DNA from: Candidatus Chisholmbacteria bacterium
GTDB taxonomy: Bacteria; Patescibacteriota; Microgenomatia; UBA1400; Chisholmbacteraceae
DNA length: 64,000 bases
Reading direction: 5' to 3'
Assembly (NCBI GenBank): GCA_963704905.1
Contig: CAVPHZ010000002.1
Coordinates: 203,011-267,010, forward strand
The notes under the pieces are model-generated. The model had not been told where the DNA came from, did no database searches, and saw nothing but the letters and a program-made list of their open reading frames with translations. The position numbers were made by a program, and so were the translations under genes. Positions 30,471 to 40,162 of this stretch are shown here, piece after piece (within the stretch, counting starts at the first letter, position 1; every line of letters begins with the position of its first letter).

Positions 30471-31643
30471 TCAGTTTACAAAAGACAATGCAATACCAGT
30501 TTTATTAGCTCGGCCGGTTCTCCCAATCCGATGGACATAATCTTCGTACGTCTGCGGAAGGTCATAATTGATGACATGGGAAATGTCATCTATGTCTAGA
30601 CCTCTGGAAGCGACATCAGTAGCTAAAAGAACTTGAACAACATTCTCTTTGAAACTCCTCAGCGCTAGTTGGCGTTGGTGTTGGGATTTATTTCCATGAA
30701 TTGCTGCAACTCGAAAACCTCTCTCTTGCAATGCTTTAGCTAACTTATTCATACCATATTTAGTCCGTCCAAACACCAATACTTTTTCAAAATCCTTCTG
30801 AATCAATAGATTATGCAAGATGTCAATTTTATTTCTCCCCTCCATTTTAATCACATCCTGATCGACATTATCGGTGATCGGTTTAGAATCGACAGATATT
30901 GTAACTGGATTCGTCAAAAAGCGTTTCATAATCCCATTAAGTTTTTCTGGTATTGTTGCCGAAAAGAATAATGACTGTCGGACACGAGGTAAATGGGAAA
31001 CGATATGCTTGATATCTCGAATAAATCCCATATCGAGCATTCGGTCCACCTCATCAAGTACAACAGTAGAAAAAGTTTCAAACCGAAGTACGTTACGCAT
31101 TTCTAAATCTCTCAATCTTCCAGGTGTACCAATGATAAAGTGAGGTCTTCGTCGGATCAATCCTATTTGACGGTTGATATTGACTCCTCCGATACACAAA
31201 GCAGAATATAAATGTAAGCCTCTTGAAAAAGATCGAAACTCTTCTTCAATTTGAATGGCTAACTCTCTTGTTGGTGTAATGACTAAAACATTTGATGAAT
31301 TATGATAAAAAATAGTATTGATAAGAGGAATTAAGAAAGCTGCCGTTTTTCCGGTTCCAGTATTAGCGACTCCCACCACATCTTTTTTCTCCAATATATG
31401 TGGAATGACTTTATCCTGAATCGGTGTAGGTTTCTCATAGCCACGATCTGAAATATTCTTCTTTATTTGGGCGTTTATAAGAAAATCACTAAACGAGTGT
31501 TGCGCAATATACACAACAGTAGATTTTTCAGTAGCCTTTTTTACTAGAAGAGATGGATCAAAAGTTTTCAAAACGTTGGATCGATTTCTTCCTCTTTGAT
31601 TAAACCCACCTCCGCGAAATCGACGCGAATATTGATATGACAT
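30471..31643 (-). CDS. DEAD-box RNA helicase
   Basis: Q motif PTPIQ, TGTGKT, PTRELA, DEVD, SAT and HRIGRTGR motifs. Confidence 0.95.
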   Translation of the reverse strand: MSYQYSRRFRGGGFNQRGRNRSNVLKTFDPSLLVKKATEKSTVVYIAQHSFSDFLINAQIKKNISDRGYEKPTPIQDKVIPHILEKKDVVGVANTGTGKTAAFLIPLINTIFYHNSSNVLVITPTRELAIQIEEEFRSFSRGLHLYSALCIGGVNINRQIGLIRRRPHFIIGTPGRLRDLEMRNVLRFETFSTVVLDEVDRMLDMGFIRDIKHIVSHLPRVRQSLFFSATIPEKLNGIMKRFLTNPVTISVDSKPITDNVDQDVIKMEGRNKIDILHNLLIQKDFEKVLVFGRTKYGMNKLAKALQERGFRVAAIHGNKSQHQRQLALRSFKENVVQVLLATDVASRGLDIDDISHVINYDLPQTYEDYVHRIGRTGRANKTGIALSFVN

Positions 31644-31812
31644 ATATACTTTCATCAACAGATATCGGAAAAAGAAATTGTGCAAGAAGTTTGAAGTCGT
31701 AACTGACTCAGAGCAATTGCAAGCTTAAACCAATGACTGTTTTAATTAAATAAACAACTTGAGAAGTGTAACACGGGGTGATGCTGATTGCAAATACAGT
31801 GATTTATAATTT

Positions 31813-31833
31813 GCTGGCAGTCTGGGATGAAAT
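31813..31833 (+). repeat. Direct repeat copy 1 flanking the GNAT gene
   Basis: GCTGGCAGTCTGGGATGAAAT, 19/21 identical to 32514-32534. Confidence 0.55.
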
Positions 31834-31991
31834 GAAATACTATCCAAAATAATTACTAAAATCCCGGTCGAGACATAAAAAGTGGGTGCACAAACGGATG
31901 TTTTTCAAAGCCCCACCCTTTACTCATCAAAAATAGCTGCAACGTCATCTCCAGACGTTGATATACTGGTATGAAAGGATAAACACAAGAT

Positions 31992-32459
31992 ATGGCAATT
32001 TACTTAAGAGACATAATTCTCGGTGATAAAAAGAAGCTTGCCAAACTCGTCCGAAATTATCATCAAGAACTTTTTGGAGGAAGCAACCAATATAAATATC
32101 GATACCTTGATTCCTACTGGGTGGAAAACGATCGACACCCTTGCTACATCATGCTTGATGATATTGTTGTTGGCTTCGCATTAATTAACAAGCACACTAT
32201 ACTGTCGAAATCAGCAAATAACCTGGCAGAATTTTACATTAAGCCTGAATATCGGAAGAGAGGATTGGGAAACAAAGCTGCTAGAGAGGTCTTTAAAAGA
32301 TATCCCGGAAAATGGGAGGTAAGAGTTTTAAAAGAAAATGCACTTGCGTATTCCTTCTGGAAAAAGGTACTAAGTGTTTCCACCACAAAAAATTTCAAAG
32401 AAACGCTCCTTGATGAGTCAGAGTGGAAAGGGTCAGTATTTACTTTCTGGATAATTTAA
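31992..32459 (+). CDS. GNAT family N-acetyltransferase
   Basis: VGFALI, AEFYIKPEYRKRGLG and N..A..FW motifs. Confidence 0.9.
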   Translation: MAIYLRDIILGDKKKLAKLVRNYHQELFGGSNQYKYRYLDSYWVENDRHPCYIMLDDIVVGFALINKHTILSKSANNLAEFYIKPEYRKRGLGNKAAREVFKRYPGKWEVRVLKENALAYSFWKKVLSVSTTKNFKETLLDESEWKGSVFTFWII

Positions 32460-32513
32460 GACACTCTCAAGAAATTTTCAATCTCGGAAACGTACTAGAA
32501 CAGTAAATCGCTG

Positions 32514-32534
32514 GCTGGCAGCTTGGGATGAAAT
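32514..32534 (+). repeat. Direct repeat copy 2 flanking the GNAT gene
   Basis: GCTGGCAGCTTGGGATGAAAT. Confidence 0.55.
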
Positions 32535-32674
32535 AAGGAATAAAGAATCTACAAATTACGTTTCTTTCTCCTAACTATTCCCAAAATTCTAACAGTTGAT
32601 TCTAAATCCAAGAATAACTGTTTTTCCCTAGGATAAAGATCCTAAGGAATTAATGATGCGTAGAAAAACTTAAG

Positions 32675-33259
32675 TTATGGGATTAAAATTACTTTTTCCA
32701 TGATGTTTTTATGAACATTTTCGATTGTTTGATCAGCAGTTATTTCTTCTAAAACATCTTTTTTCTTGTAATACTCAAGTGCTTGCTTTTCCCCTGATTT
32801 GTAAATTTCTAATCTGCTTTTAATTCTCTCTGGCGAGTCATGAAGTTCATCTGTCCCAGGATGAAGTGGTCTAGCTCTTTTTATAAGTCTTCTATATGAC
32901 TCCTCTTCGCTTAGGTTTAGATATATGACCAACTCAACTTGATATCCATATTTATCAATTTTTCTATCAAGGAATTTTGCTTGAGAAATATTTCTTGGAA
33001 ATCCGTCCATAATCCAGTCTCCTTTTGCATCGTCTTCTTTTAATCTCCTTTTCCATAAAACGAACATCTCGCTATCTGGAACGTATTTTCCTCTTCTTAA
33101 AGTATTTCTGCACCTCTTCCCAATCACACCCTTATCATTAGCTGCTGCATCTCTTATAAGTTCTCCAGAGTTTAATATTGGTATTTTTAATTTTTCCTTT
33201 AATAATTTCGCCTGAGTTCCCTTGCCTGATCCTTCAGCCCCAAATATTACTATGTGCAT
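32675..33259 (-). CDS. adk: Adenylate kinase family NMP kinase (short LID)
   Basis: GAEGSGKGTQ P-loop, SGELIR and WIMDGFPR motifs. Confidence 0.85.
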   Translation of the reverse strand: MHIVIFGAEGSGKGTQAKLLKEKLKIPILNSGELIRDAAANDKGVIGKRCRNTLRRGKYVPDSEMFVLWKRRLKEDDAKGDWIMDGFPRNISQAKFLDRKIDKYGYQVELVIYLNLSEEESYRRLIKRARPLHPGTDELHDSPERIKSRLEIYKSGEKQALEYYKKKDVLEEITADQTIENVHKNIMEKVILIP

Positions 33260-33462
33260 GATATATTTTAGAATTCTTAATTTTCTTTCCTCCCCAAGGA
33301 TATTTTATAATTTCCAACTCATTTGGTTTACCTTATGGATAAACATATATAGTGCCCGTTAACTTCGCTCAGGGCGATTCTCTGCATAGATACATAGTAA
33401 AGATGAATGCTTGACTTTTTTTTGAGCTTAAATCCGTGAGCGAATGTATCGATTTAAATCGG

Positions 33463-33533
33463 CTGCGGGACTTGGACTCGAACCAAGACTGACGGCTTCA
33501 AAGGCCGCTGTCCTACCATTAGACGATCCCGCA
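33463..33533 (-). tRNA. tRNA-Gln(TTG)
   Basis: Anticodon arm GCGGC-CTTTGAA-GCCGT and U1-A72 pair. Confidence 0.93.
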
Positions 33534-33578
33534 AAAAAACAACAATGTATATTTTACCAAAAATATTTGTAAGGAATA

Positions 33579-35039
33579 TCAGTTTCTCTGGATTGGTGTT
33601 TCTGTATTGATTGAAACACCATAAGAGCCACTCTGTAATAATTCGATCATTCTTCCTTGGATCTCGTATGCCTGTTTTTTTGATCTACCGATAATAACGT
33701 AGATAAGTTCATTTGATTTAAGAATGTTCTCAGAATTGATAAGAACACCTCGTTTTTCTTTATGGTCATACAATAACGTATCAAGTTGATCGAGAAGTGA
33801 TGAAAATTTAATCGATTTCCCATGAGGAAAGGAGAAGTGACTTCTTGAAATAATGTAGTAATCATCCATAAAATCTTTTCCTAATAACTTATAAACCACT
33901 CGGTATACATCTGTGCCTCCACTATTTCGCGTGTTAGACTCAGAAACATAAATTTGGTTGTTTTTAGAAGCTATCATGTCAATGTCAAAGTGACCACGAT
34001 ATCCTGCGGTACTAAATTTTTCAGCGATAAAATATCCTGTATCGATGATCTTTGTGCTAATTCGATCGTTGATCAAATCGTCATTAATATCTAAGCCGAT
34101 AAATTCTCCTTTTTGAGTCACTTCCATCAAACAATAATAGAGCATATCAATTCGTCCATTTTTTTGAATCTTAAATTCTATACTAGGAAATCCACCCCCG
34201 ATACCGTACTTAATATTGATGAGATCTTCGATCACAATTGGAAAGTTATCCCAATATTTATCGCTGTTGAAATTCCGGAGAATAGCGGCAACACACTCTC
34301 GGTATGTCTGAGGCAGATCGCCATTTCTAAATATCAGAATACCGCTTCCACCGCTTCCCTTATTTGTCTTGATGACAACACCTTTTTGCTTAATGTATTT
34401 GTTGGCAGCAATATTAGCTGCAACTTCTCTTCCGACACATATAATACCTTCTGGCATGATAAAATCAGGTTCCTGCAACCTGCTTTGTTGCGCGAGTTGA
34501 CGGATCCCTGATTTACTACCGAAGAAATTAACTGTCCAAGCACAATCAATCTCAGGTGTTTCAGGCGTGTAAACCTCAAGACCTAACTCAACGAGTGTTT
34601 CTTTGAGCTTATAGAATTCAGCCGAAGCAGAGTAGCTTATTAACGTAATCTTTTTATATAATTTTGCTTTTTCAACCAAAATATTCAACGATTTTGTATC
34701 ACTCAGAAGATCTTCGCAAATGAGATCTGATTTTTTCTCAGGGGTAATAATTTCGGCTGACTTGTACCCGAGCAGTTGTTTGGCATAACTTTGAAATTCA
34801 GGTGAAATTTTCCTAGGACTGATAAATATGAATTCAGGCTCGGTAGCCATGCTCAAAAAAAAGCAATCTGTTGTTTCTTCACAACGAGCGATTTCTTCAA
34901 TCCTCTTTTTCGGAGTAGATAAATAGTTAATATACGACCACTCATCTTCAACGATATTGAAAACATATACTAACAGCTCATTTCGCAGAGGTTCCTTGTC
35001 GTTTTGTTTAAATTGTAGGAGTGCAGAAGTATTTTTCGT
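33579..35039 (-). CDS. ATP-grasp-fold ligase-like protein (probable non-canonical ACG start)
   Basis: FGSKSGIR, VVIKTNKGSGGSG, YRGHFDIDM and SESNTR motifs; the frame is open upstream of 34856 to about 35070. Confidence 0.75.
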   Translation of the reverse strand, partial: TKNTSALLQFKQNDKEPLRNELLVYVFNIVEDEWSYINYLSTPKKRIEEIARCEETTDCFFLSMATEPEFIFISPRKISPEFQSYAKQLLGYKSAEIITPEKKSDLICEDLLSDTKSLNILVEKAKLYKKITLISYSASAEFYKLKETLVELGLEVYTPETPEIDCAWTVNFFGSKSGIRQLAQQSRLQEPDFIMPEGIICVGREVAANIAANKYIKQKGVVIKTNKGSGGSGILIFRNGDLPQTYRECVAAILRNFNSDKYWDNFPIVIEDLINIKYGIGGGFPSIEFKIQKNGRIDMLYYCLMEVTQKGEFIGLDINDDLINDRISTKIIDTGYFIAEKFSTAGYRGHFDIDMIASKNNQIYVSESNTRNSGGTDVYRVVYKLLGKDFMDDYYIISRSHFSFPHGKSIKFSSLLDQLDTLLYDHKEKRGVLINSENILKSNELIYVIIGRSKKQAYEIQGRMIELLQSGSYGVSINTETPIQRN

Positions 35040-35099
35040 TGTAATAAATCCTTTATCTAATAGTATTGATTAACTTCGTAATTCAATAGCTATCATTTG

Positions 35100-35172
<73 letters not shown>

Positions 35173-35203
35173 TTCTTCGCAGTATACCAAACTCAGCTTT
35201 AGG

Positions 35204-35263
35204 TGTTTCACTGTAAATTTCATGAGAGACTTTGTTTCACTACTTCAATGAAATTTACTAGTG
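35204..35263. repeat. Palindromic element at the tRNA-Phe 3' end
   Basis: TGTTTCACTGTAAATTTCAT...ATGAAATTTACTAGTG with an 11-bp perfect inner stem. Confidence 0.65.
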
Positions 35264-35334
35264 CCAGGGAGAGGAGTCGAACCTCTATCTCATGTTTTTC
35301 AGACACGCGCCGTGACCACCTTGGCTACCCTGGC
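35262..35334 (-). tRNA. tRNA-Phe(GAA)
   Basis: Anticodon arm CGTGT-CTGAAAA-ACATG. Confidence 0.92.
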
Positions 35335-35418
35335 TATAAATCAATTCCCGATTCAGACTAAACAGTTTTTCTGTATTTGTAAAGTTGTGTTTGTACTCAA
35401 ACTCAATAGCAATTTCGG

Positions 35419-35492
35419 TGGCCGCTGCAGGGATCGAACCTGCGACCTCCCGGATGTAAACCGGACGCTCTAACCAGCTGAGCTAAGCGGCC
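35419..35492 (-). tRNA. tRNA-Val(TAC)
   Basis: Anticodon arm TCCGG-TTTACAT-CCGGG. Confidence 0.95.
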
Positions 35493-35504
35493 CCTACCTT
35501 AGTA

Positions 35505-35536
35505 TTTAGACTGTAAGATCTACTGATTTTACAGTG
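35505..35536. repeat. 32-nt palindromic element at the tRNA-Leu(CAG) 3' end
   Basis: TTTAGACTGTAAGATCTACTGATTTTACAGTG. Confidence 0.65.
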
Positions 35537-35619
35537 CCGAGAAGAGGACTCGAACCTCCACGCCCATAATGGGCACATGCTCCTGAAGCATGCGCGTCTA
35601 CCAATTCCGCCATCTCGGC
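35535..35619 (-). tRNA. tRNA-Leu(CAG)
   Basis: Anticodon arm CATGC-TTCAGGA-GCATG and long variable arm. Confidence 0.95.
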
Positions 35620-35628
35620 TCTGGTCAG

Positions 35629-35662
35629 TGTTTACACTGTAAAATGTAAACATTTTACAGTG
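35629..35662. repeat. Palindromic element at the tRNA-Leu(GAG) 3' end
   Basis: TG-TTTACACTGTAAAATGTAAACATTTTACAG-TG; stem CACTGTAAAATGT/ACATTTTACAGTG is perfect. Confidence 0.7.
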
Positions 35663-35744
35663 GGCAAGAGAGGACTCGAACCTCCACGCTCGTAAGAGCA
35701 CTACGTCCTCAACGTAGCCTGTCTGCCAATTCCAGCACTTGCCC
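35661..35744 (-). tRNA. tRNA-Leu(GAG)
   Basis: Anticodon arm CTACG-TTGAGGA-CGTAG. Confidence 0.95.
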
Positions 35745-35930
35745 TAATTTTCTGTCAAACCGAAAATTCTTATCAACATTTGATCGTATATGCTGTCAGT
35801 TTTACGGATGTTAGCGAACAGAGGCAAGTCTAAAGCATATACTAAAACTCTCAATTTACCTACTCGCCTGACAGAAATTTATTATATCACGCGGAAATAT
35901 GTACTCCTAGAAATTGAAGAGGGGGAGTGA

Positions 35931-36677
35931 CTAAAAAGTGAGGAGTAATTTTCTAAATAATTTTTTACGCTTCTTCGCATAGTCGGGAAACTTATTTTTC
36001 AGAGCCAAAACGACATGTTCAGCTGCATCTTGAATATTCATATCTGCAGTGTTTATAACCAGATCATAATAGTTGGCATTTGAAATATCTTTGTTAAAAT
36101 ACTGGCTGATAAATTGCTTCCGATGTGTATCAGTGTCCTTAATAACGTGGATAGCCTTATCCCTGGAAATACCCTCATGCTTAACAGCTCTTTCAACGCG
36201 GACTAAATACGGAGCTTGAATTCTCACATGGAGTCCGCTATTGAATGGGGTAACGAAATTTGCTCCACGACCAAGAATTACCACTTCCCCTTTTATAGCT
36301 GCCGAAAGTATTACCGAACTCAGATATCGCATGTACTGGATATCTGAGACATAATCGGGGTTAAACATACTATGTACCATGTCTTCAATAAAGTTTCTCC
36401 CTCGCTCATCAACAGATTGAACAAGCGCCTTACGTTTTCGAGCGCTACTCGCCAAATCGCTAATCAGCTTTTTATTGTAGTAATCAAAACTCAACCATTT
36501 TGAAACTAATTTGGCGACCGGTTTTCCACCGCTACCAGGTTCTCTGGAAATGGTTATAAATGGTTGAGTGAACTCAATTTCTTCGCCATCCAACTGCAAC
36601 GTTTCTGTACGTTTCAGCTCAACTCTAGAAGAACCGCTAAATGCTTTATTGACAAGTTTATCGTACGTACGCGCCAT
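35931..36677 (-). CDS. Cytidylate kinase-like family protein
   Basis: ITISREPGSGG, VILGRGANF and YDLVINT motifs. Confidence 0.88.
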   Translation of the reverse strand: MARTYDKLVNKAFSGSSRVELKRTETLQLDGEEIEFTQPFITISREPGSGGKPVAKLVSKWLSFDYYNKKLISDLASSARKRKALVQSVDERGRNFIEDMVHSMFNPDYVSDIQYMRYLSSVILSAAIKGEVVILGRGANFVTPFNSGLHVRIQAPYLVRVERAVKHEGISRDKAIHVIKDTDTHRKQFISQYFNKDISNANYYDLVINTADMNIQDAAEHVVLALKNKFPDYAKKRKKLFRKLLLTF

Positions 36678-36767
36678 AGTTTGCTAAACCATACACAAAT
36701 TACTACTCAGGGTCAATAAATCACCAATACATCTCATGAAGGGCGTTTTGATATAATCTTTACGCTC

Positions 36768-36841
36768 GCCCCAGTAGCTCAGTGGATTAGAGCATCTGTC
36801 TTCGGAACAGAGGGTCGGGGGTTCGAATCCCTCCTGGGGCA
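36768..36841 (+). tRNA. tRNA-Arg(TCG)
   Basis: Anticodon arm TCTGT-CTTCGGA-ACAGA. Confidence 0.94.
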
Positions 36842-36858
36842 CAACCAATGGAAAAATC

Positions 36859-37134
36859 ATGCAAATAGACACTATGAATTATTCACAGTGGTACGTGTAC
36901 ATAGCGCAGTGCTACGATGGTTCTCTCTATACAGGAATAACCACAGACCCAATACGAAGAGAGTTGGAGCATAATACCGATAATGTCTTAGGTGCTAGAT
37001 CCTTAAGATATAAGCGACCAGTGAAGATTGTCTATACGGAGACACATGCTACAAGATCGGATGCTACTTTACGGGAACATGCTATTAAGAGCCGGAATAG
37101 AGGTTATAAATTGAAATTAATTCAGGAGAAATAA
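36859..37134 (+). CDS. Small stand-alone GIY-YIG nuclease (YhbQ/UPF0213-like)
   Basis: WYVYI..C.DGSLYTGITTD..RR..EHN and A..RE..IK motifs. Confidence 0.9.
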   Translation: MQIDTMNYSQWYVYIAQCYDGSLYTGITTDPIRRELEHNTDNVLGARSLRYKRPVKIVYTETHATRSDATLREHAIKSRNRGYKLKLIQEK

Positions 37135-37198
37135 CATAGTGAGTATCCTGAACATTAAAGAATTTTAGGTTTACTCAAAATAAAGCTCTGTATTTTAA

Positions 37199-37270
37199 GG
37201 GCCCGTAGCTCAGCGGTAGAGCAGTTGCCTCTTAAGCAATTGGTCGAAGGTTCGAATCCTTCCGGGCTCA
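37199..37270 (+). tRNA. tRNA-Lys(CTT)
   Basis: Anticodon arm GTTGC-CTCTTAA-GCAAT. Confidence 0.95.
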
Positions 37271-37600
37271 CAAAAAAAGAAATCGGGTTGGGAGTGTGGG
37301 CAGCACTGGCTGCGCTCACCTCCGCAGATAGATCTGCAAAGGCAAAATCCAGATTCGCCGAGAGCCGCCCGTTAAAAAGAATGAAGAAAAACGTAAGTTT
37401 TAAAGAACTTATTTTTAACTTAAATGGCCTAACCGGCGGAACCAGTTAGTAATTATTTACAGCTGTCCGAATAGGTCATTAAAAACAAATACTTTTTTTC
37501 AACTGGTTTCATATTATATATAAACATTTTTACGAAAACAAAACATTATCGATAGAGATGTGAATGTAACAAAAAAAACTATTAAATTAGATTGTAAAAT

Positions 37601-38605
37601 ATGAGCAACGAAACGACACCACAATCTGAATTAAATTCACAGCTTAGAAACGCTGTATTTTCATTAAGTCTTACTGATAATCAGTCAAATTTATCATTTA
37701 GTCCTCGCGTGCAAAGATTTTTTGATGGAGGAATGCATACACCACTGCAACAATTATCTTTTCTACAATCTTGGGGGTCGCTTATACCCCCATCGGAACT
37801 TGAGGTAAAAAGACAGTGGTATAATCCAAAACCTAGACTTCAGGACGGCCTTGCAATATACCCAAGTTTAACTGGGTTTCCGTCAGATATTTTTATGTCT
37901 ATTGAAAACGAACCTACCCTATTATCGCAAGTTACCGATAAAATCAATCATGCTTCCAATGCAGTACTTTTGGGGGTGATAAGTATACGAAGTGTTATAG
38001 ACACAGCTACCTACTTAAAAGAGAAAGGATTTAAAGGTAGATTAACTGTCTATGATATTCAGGAAGCACCCTTAGAAATCGATAGAATATATCAAGAATT
38101 TGGATTACTACCCAAAGAAATTACTTTTGAATTTGTACAGCAAGATGTATTGAAAATAGAAAAAGATACCAGCGCAGATTTAATAATAAGTGATGTGTTA
38201 GGTTATTATCTTACACCAGAGCAATATCAAACATTAGGAAATGTAATTTCTCGAATGTTAAAACAACATGGGTTATGGATAACACGAGAGCTAGTAGAAC
38301 CTAACGGTCCACCTGAGCCGGAAGAAAGAGATGCATCAGGAAAAAGAGAAAGTGATCCTATCAATCCATTTAACCAATATATTGAAAAGCTTTTTGGTTT
38401 TAAATTAGATACTAAAATTATTGATGAGTTTGAAAAAACGAAATGGGTAATAGTACCAACATACACAAGAAAAAGTTTAGATGAATATACAAGTAGTATT
38501 CCTATTGAATTAAAAATGTTAGGTTTAATACCTATAACAACAGTCAAACAAATCGAATCTGAAAATCCAAGAATTTTTAATTCAGTTGTTTATCGTAAGA
38601 ATTAA
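37601..38605 (+). CDS. Putative class I SAM-dependent methyltransferase-fold protein
   Basis: VLLG...LTVYDI...FVQQDV...ADLIISD...LKQHG pattern. Confidence 0.6.
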   Translation: MSNETTPQSELNSQLRNAVFSLSLTDNQSNLSFSPRVQRFFDGGMHTPLQQLSFLQSWGSLIPPSELEVKRQWYNPKPRLQDGLAIYPSLTGFPSDIFMSIENEPTLLSQVTDKINHASNAVLLGVISIRSVIDTATYLKEKGFKGRLTVYDIQEAPLEIDRIYQEFGLLPKEITFEFVQQDVLKIEKDTSADLIISDVLGYYLTPEQYQTLGNVISRMLKQHGLWITRELVEPNGPPEPEERDASGKRESDPINPFNQYIEKLFGFKLDTKIIDEFEKTKWVIVPTYTRKSLDEYTSSIPIELKMLGLIPITTVKQIESENPRIFNSVVYRKN

Positions 38606-38779
38606 ATGCTCGGTTTAGCCGAGCAAAAATCGCTAGCGCAAAAAATAACTGAAGCGCGGCGGGTTGGATCGCCGCGCTTGAGTAGCGAGCTCCGCGAAGC
38701 GGGACGAACTAACAATTTGTCTTAAATGAGTTCTAATATTTTCGAAAACGTTCACAAAAAATAGAAACATCATTACCAT

Positions 38780-39121
38780 ATGTCAAACAGTTTTAAAGGC
38801 TTAATTTTCACCAATCACGCTCTCCAACGGATGCATGAGAGGAAACTCTCTCAAAATGATGTCTGGGCTGTTTGGTATAAGCCAGATCAATCACGCTTTG
38901 CTAAAAGCAAAGGAGCATGGATTTACTATAAAACTTGGAATAATCAAAAAGTGGAAGTTGTTGCGAAAAAGAACCCATCCAATGAATGGGTCATCCTTTC
39001 TGTCTGGTCAAAAGAAACCACGAAAGAAAATTCATCTGCTCTACCCATTAAACTACCACAAAGATCGACTCTTCGAAATGTGTTCGATAAAATTCTCCCC
39101 AAGCACATCAATTCCAAGTAA
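38780..39121 (+). CDS. DUF4258-like small protein (RelE/toxin-like fold)
   Basis: FTNHALQRMHER..SQ motif and WVILSVW. Confidence 0.65.
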   Translation: MSNSFKGLIFTNHALQRMHERKLSQNDVWAVWYKPDQSRFAKSKGAWIYYKTWNNQKVEVVAKKNPSNEWVILSVWSKETTKENSSALPIKLPQRSTLRNVFDKILPKHINSK

Positions 39122-39378
39122 AACTCACATAAAATTCAGTGAGTAATGAAATTAATTATCAAATGGTTCCAAGAAATGTAAAGTGGTAAGAATGCAAGTA
39201 AAAGTAAACGGATAGAGTAAATATAAAGTATTACATTTCAGAAATAATTATTGGAGCAGACAAAGACAAAACATATCCTTCCTTGACATTCCATCTCAAA
39301 ATATGTCACGATTGATATGAATTGACTATTTACACCAGTTTAAAAGGTTGATAACGTTTTCAGGTACCTGCCGCCATT

Positions 39379-39990
39379 ATGAAACGCTTATTCATCGTCC
39401 TCACATGGTTTCCAGCAACAATCGTTACGTTATTTTTTAGTCTCCAAACCTACGCCCACATCAGCAGAACCGAAGAAATTCAATCACTTATAGCTGCAGA
39501 AACGCAACGCATAACACAGACACAAACACCATTCTTGGCATATGCCGCCATTCCACTGGCAGCAAACGACATCAAAACCGCAATTCGAACCGGTGATGCA
39601 AGACCAGTCATGATCGATCTTTATCTGGAAAGATATGCCTCTCCAATGGCTGGATATGGGGAATTCATATTTAAAACAGCCCAACAATACAACATCGATC
39701 CATATTTATTTGTGGCAATCGCTCAGCAAGAGTCAAACCTAGGCAAGAAGATGCCCTCTGACGACTGCCACAATGCCTGGGGATATGGAATTCACTCAAA
39801 AGGCACACTCTGCTTCGATTCCTGGGAAGAAGGGATCGAATCTGTCATGAAAGGTATCTCAGAAAATTACTTGAGTAGGGGTCTTCAAGAACCAGAGGAA
39901 ATTATGAAAATCTACACACCAAAATCAAACGGCTCATGGGCACATGGGGTAAATCAGTTCCTCGATGAACTTCGAACGGGTGAGTATTAA
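39379..39990 (+). CDS. Membrane-anchored lysozyme-fold peptidoglycan hydrolase (glucosaminidase-like)
   Basis: IDPYLFVAIAQQESNLGK...NAWGYG...FDSWEEGI...YTP motif. Confidence 0.78.
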   Translation: MKRLFIVLTWFPATIVTLFFSLQTYAHISRTEEIQSLIAAETQRITQTQTPFLAYAAIPLAANDIKTAIRTGDARPVMIDLYLERYASPMAGYGEFIFKTAQQYNIDPYLFVAIAQQESNLGKKMPSDDCHNAWGYGIHSKGTLCFDSWEEGIESVMKGISENYLSRGLQEPEEIMKIYTPKSNGSWAHGVNQFLDELRTGEY

Positions 39991-40062
39991 CCATATTCCT
40001 CAAACCTTCCAATTATTTCTCAAGAAGAGTAAAATACGCATGTTTCGTATATTTCTATACAC

Positions 40063-40146
40063 GCCGGGGTGGCGGAATTGGTAGACGCGTACGGTTTAGG
40101 ACCGTATGGACTTTTGTCCTTGGAGGTTCGAGTCCTCTCCTCGGCA
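40063..40146 (+). tRNA. tRNA-Leu(TAG)
   Basis: Anticodon arm TACGG-TTTAGGA-CCGTA. Confidence 0.95.
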
Positions 40147-40162
40147 CACGAATATACTGAAA

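Noticed and set aside
38780-39121. Toxin-antitoxin module
   Set aside because: No adjacent antitoxin ORF was identified.
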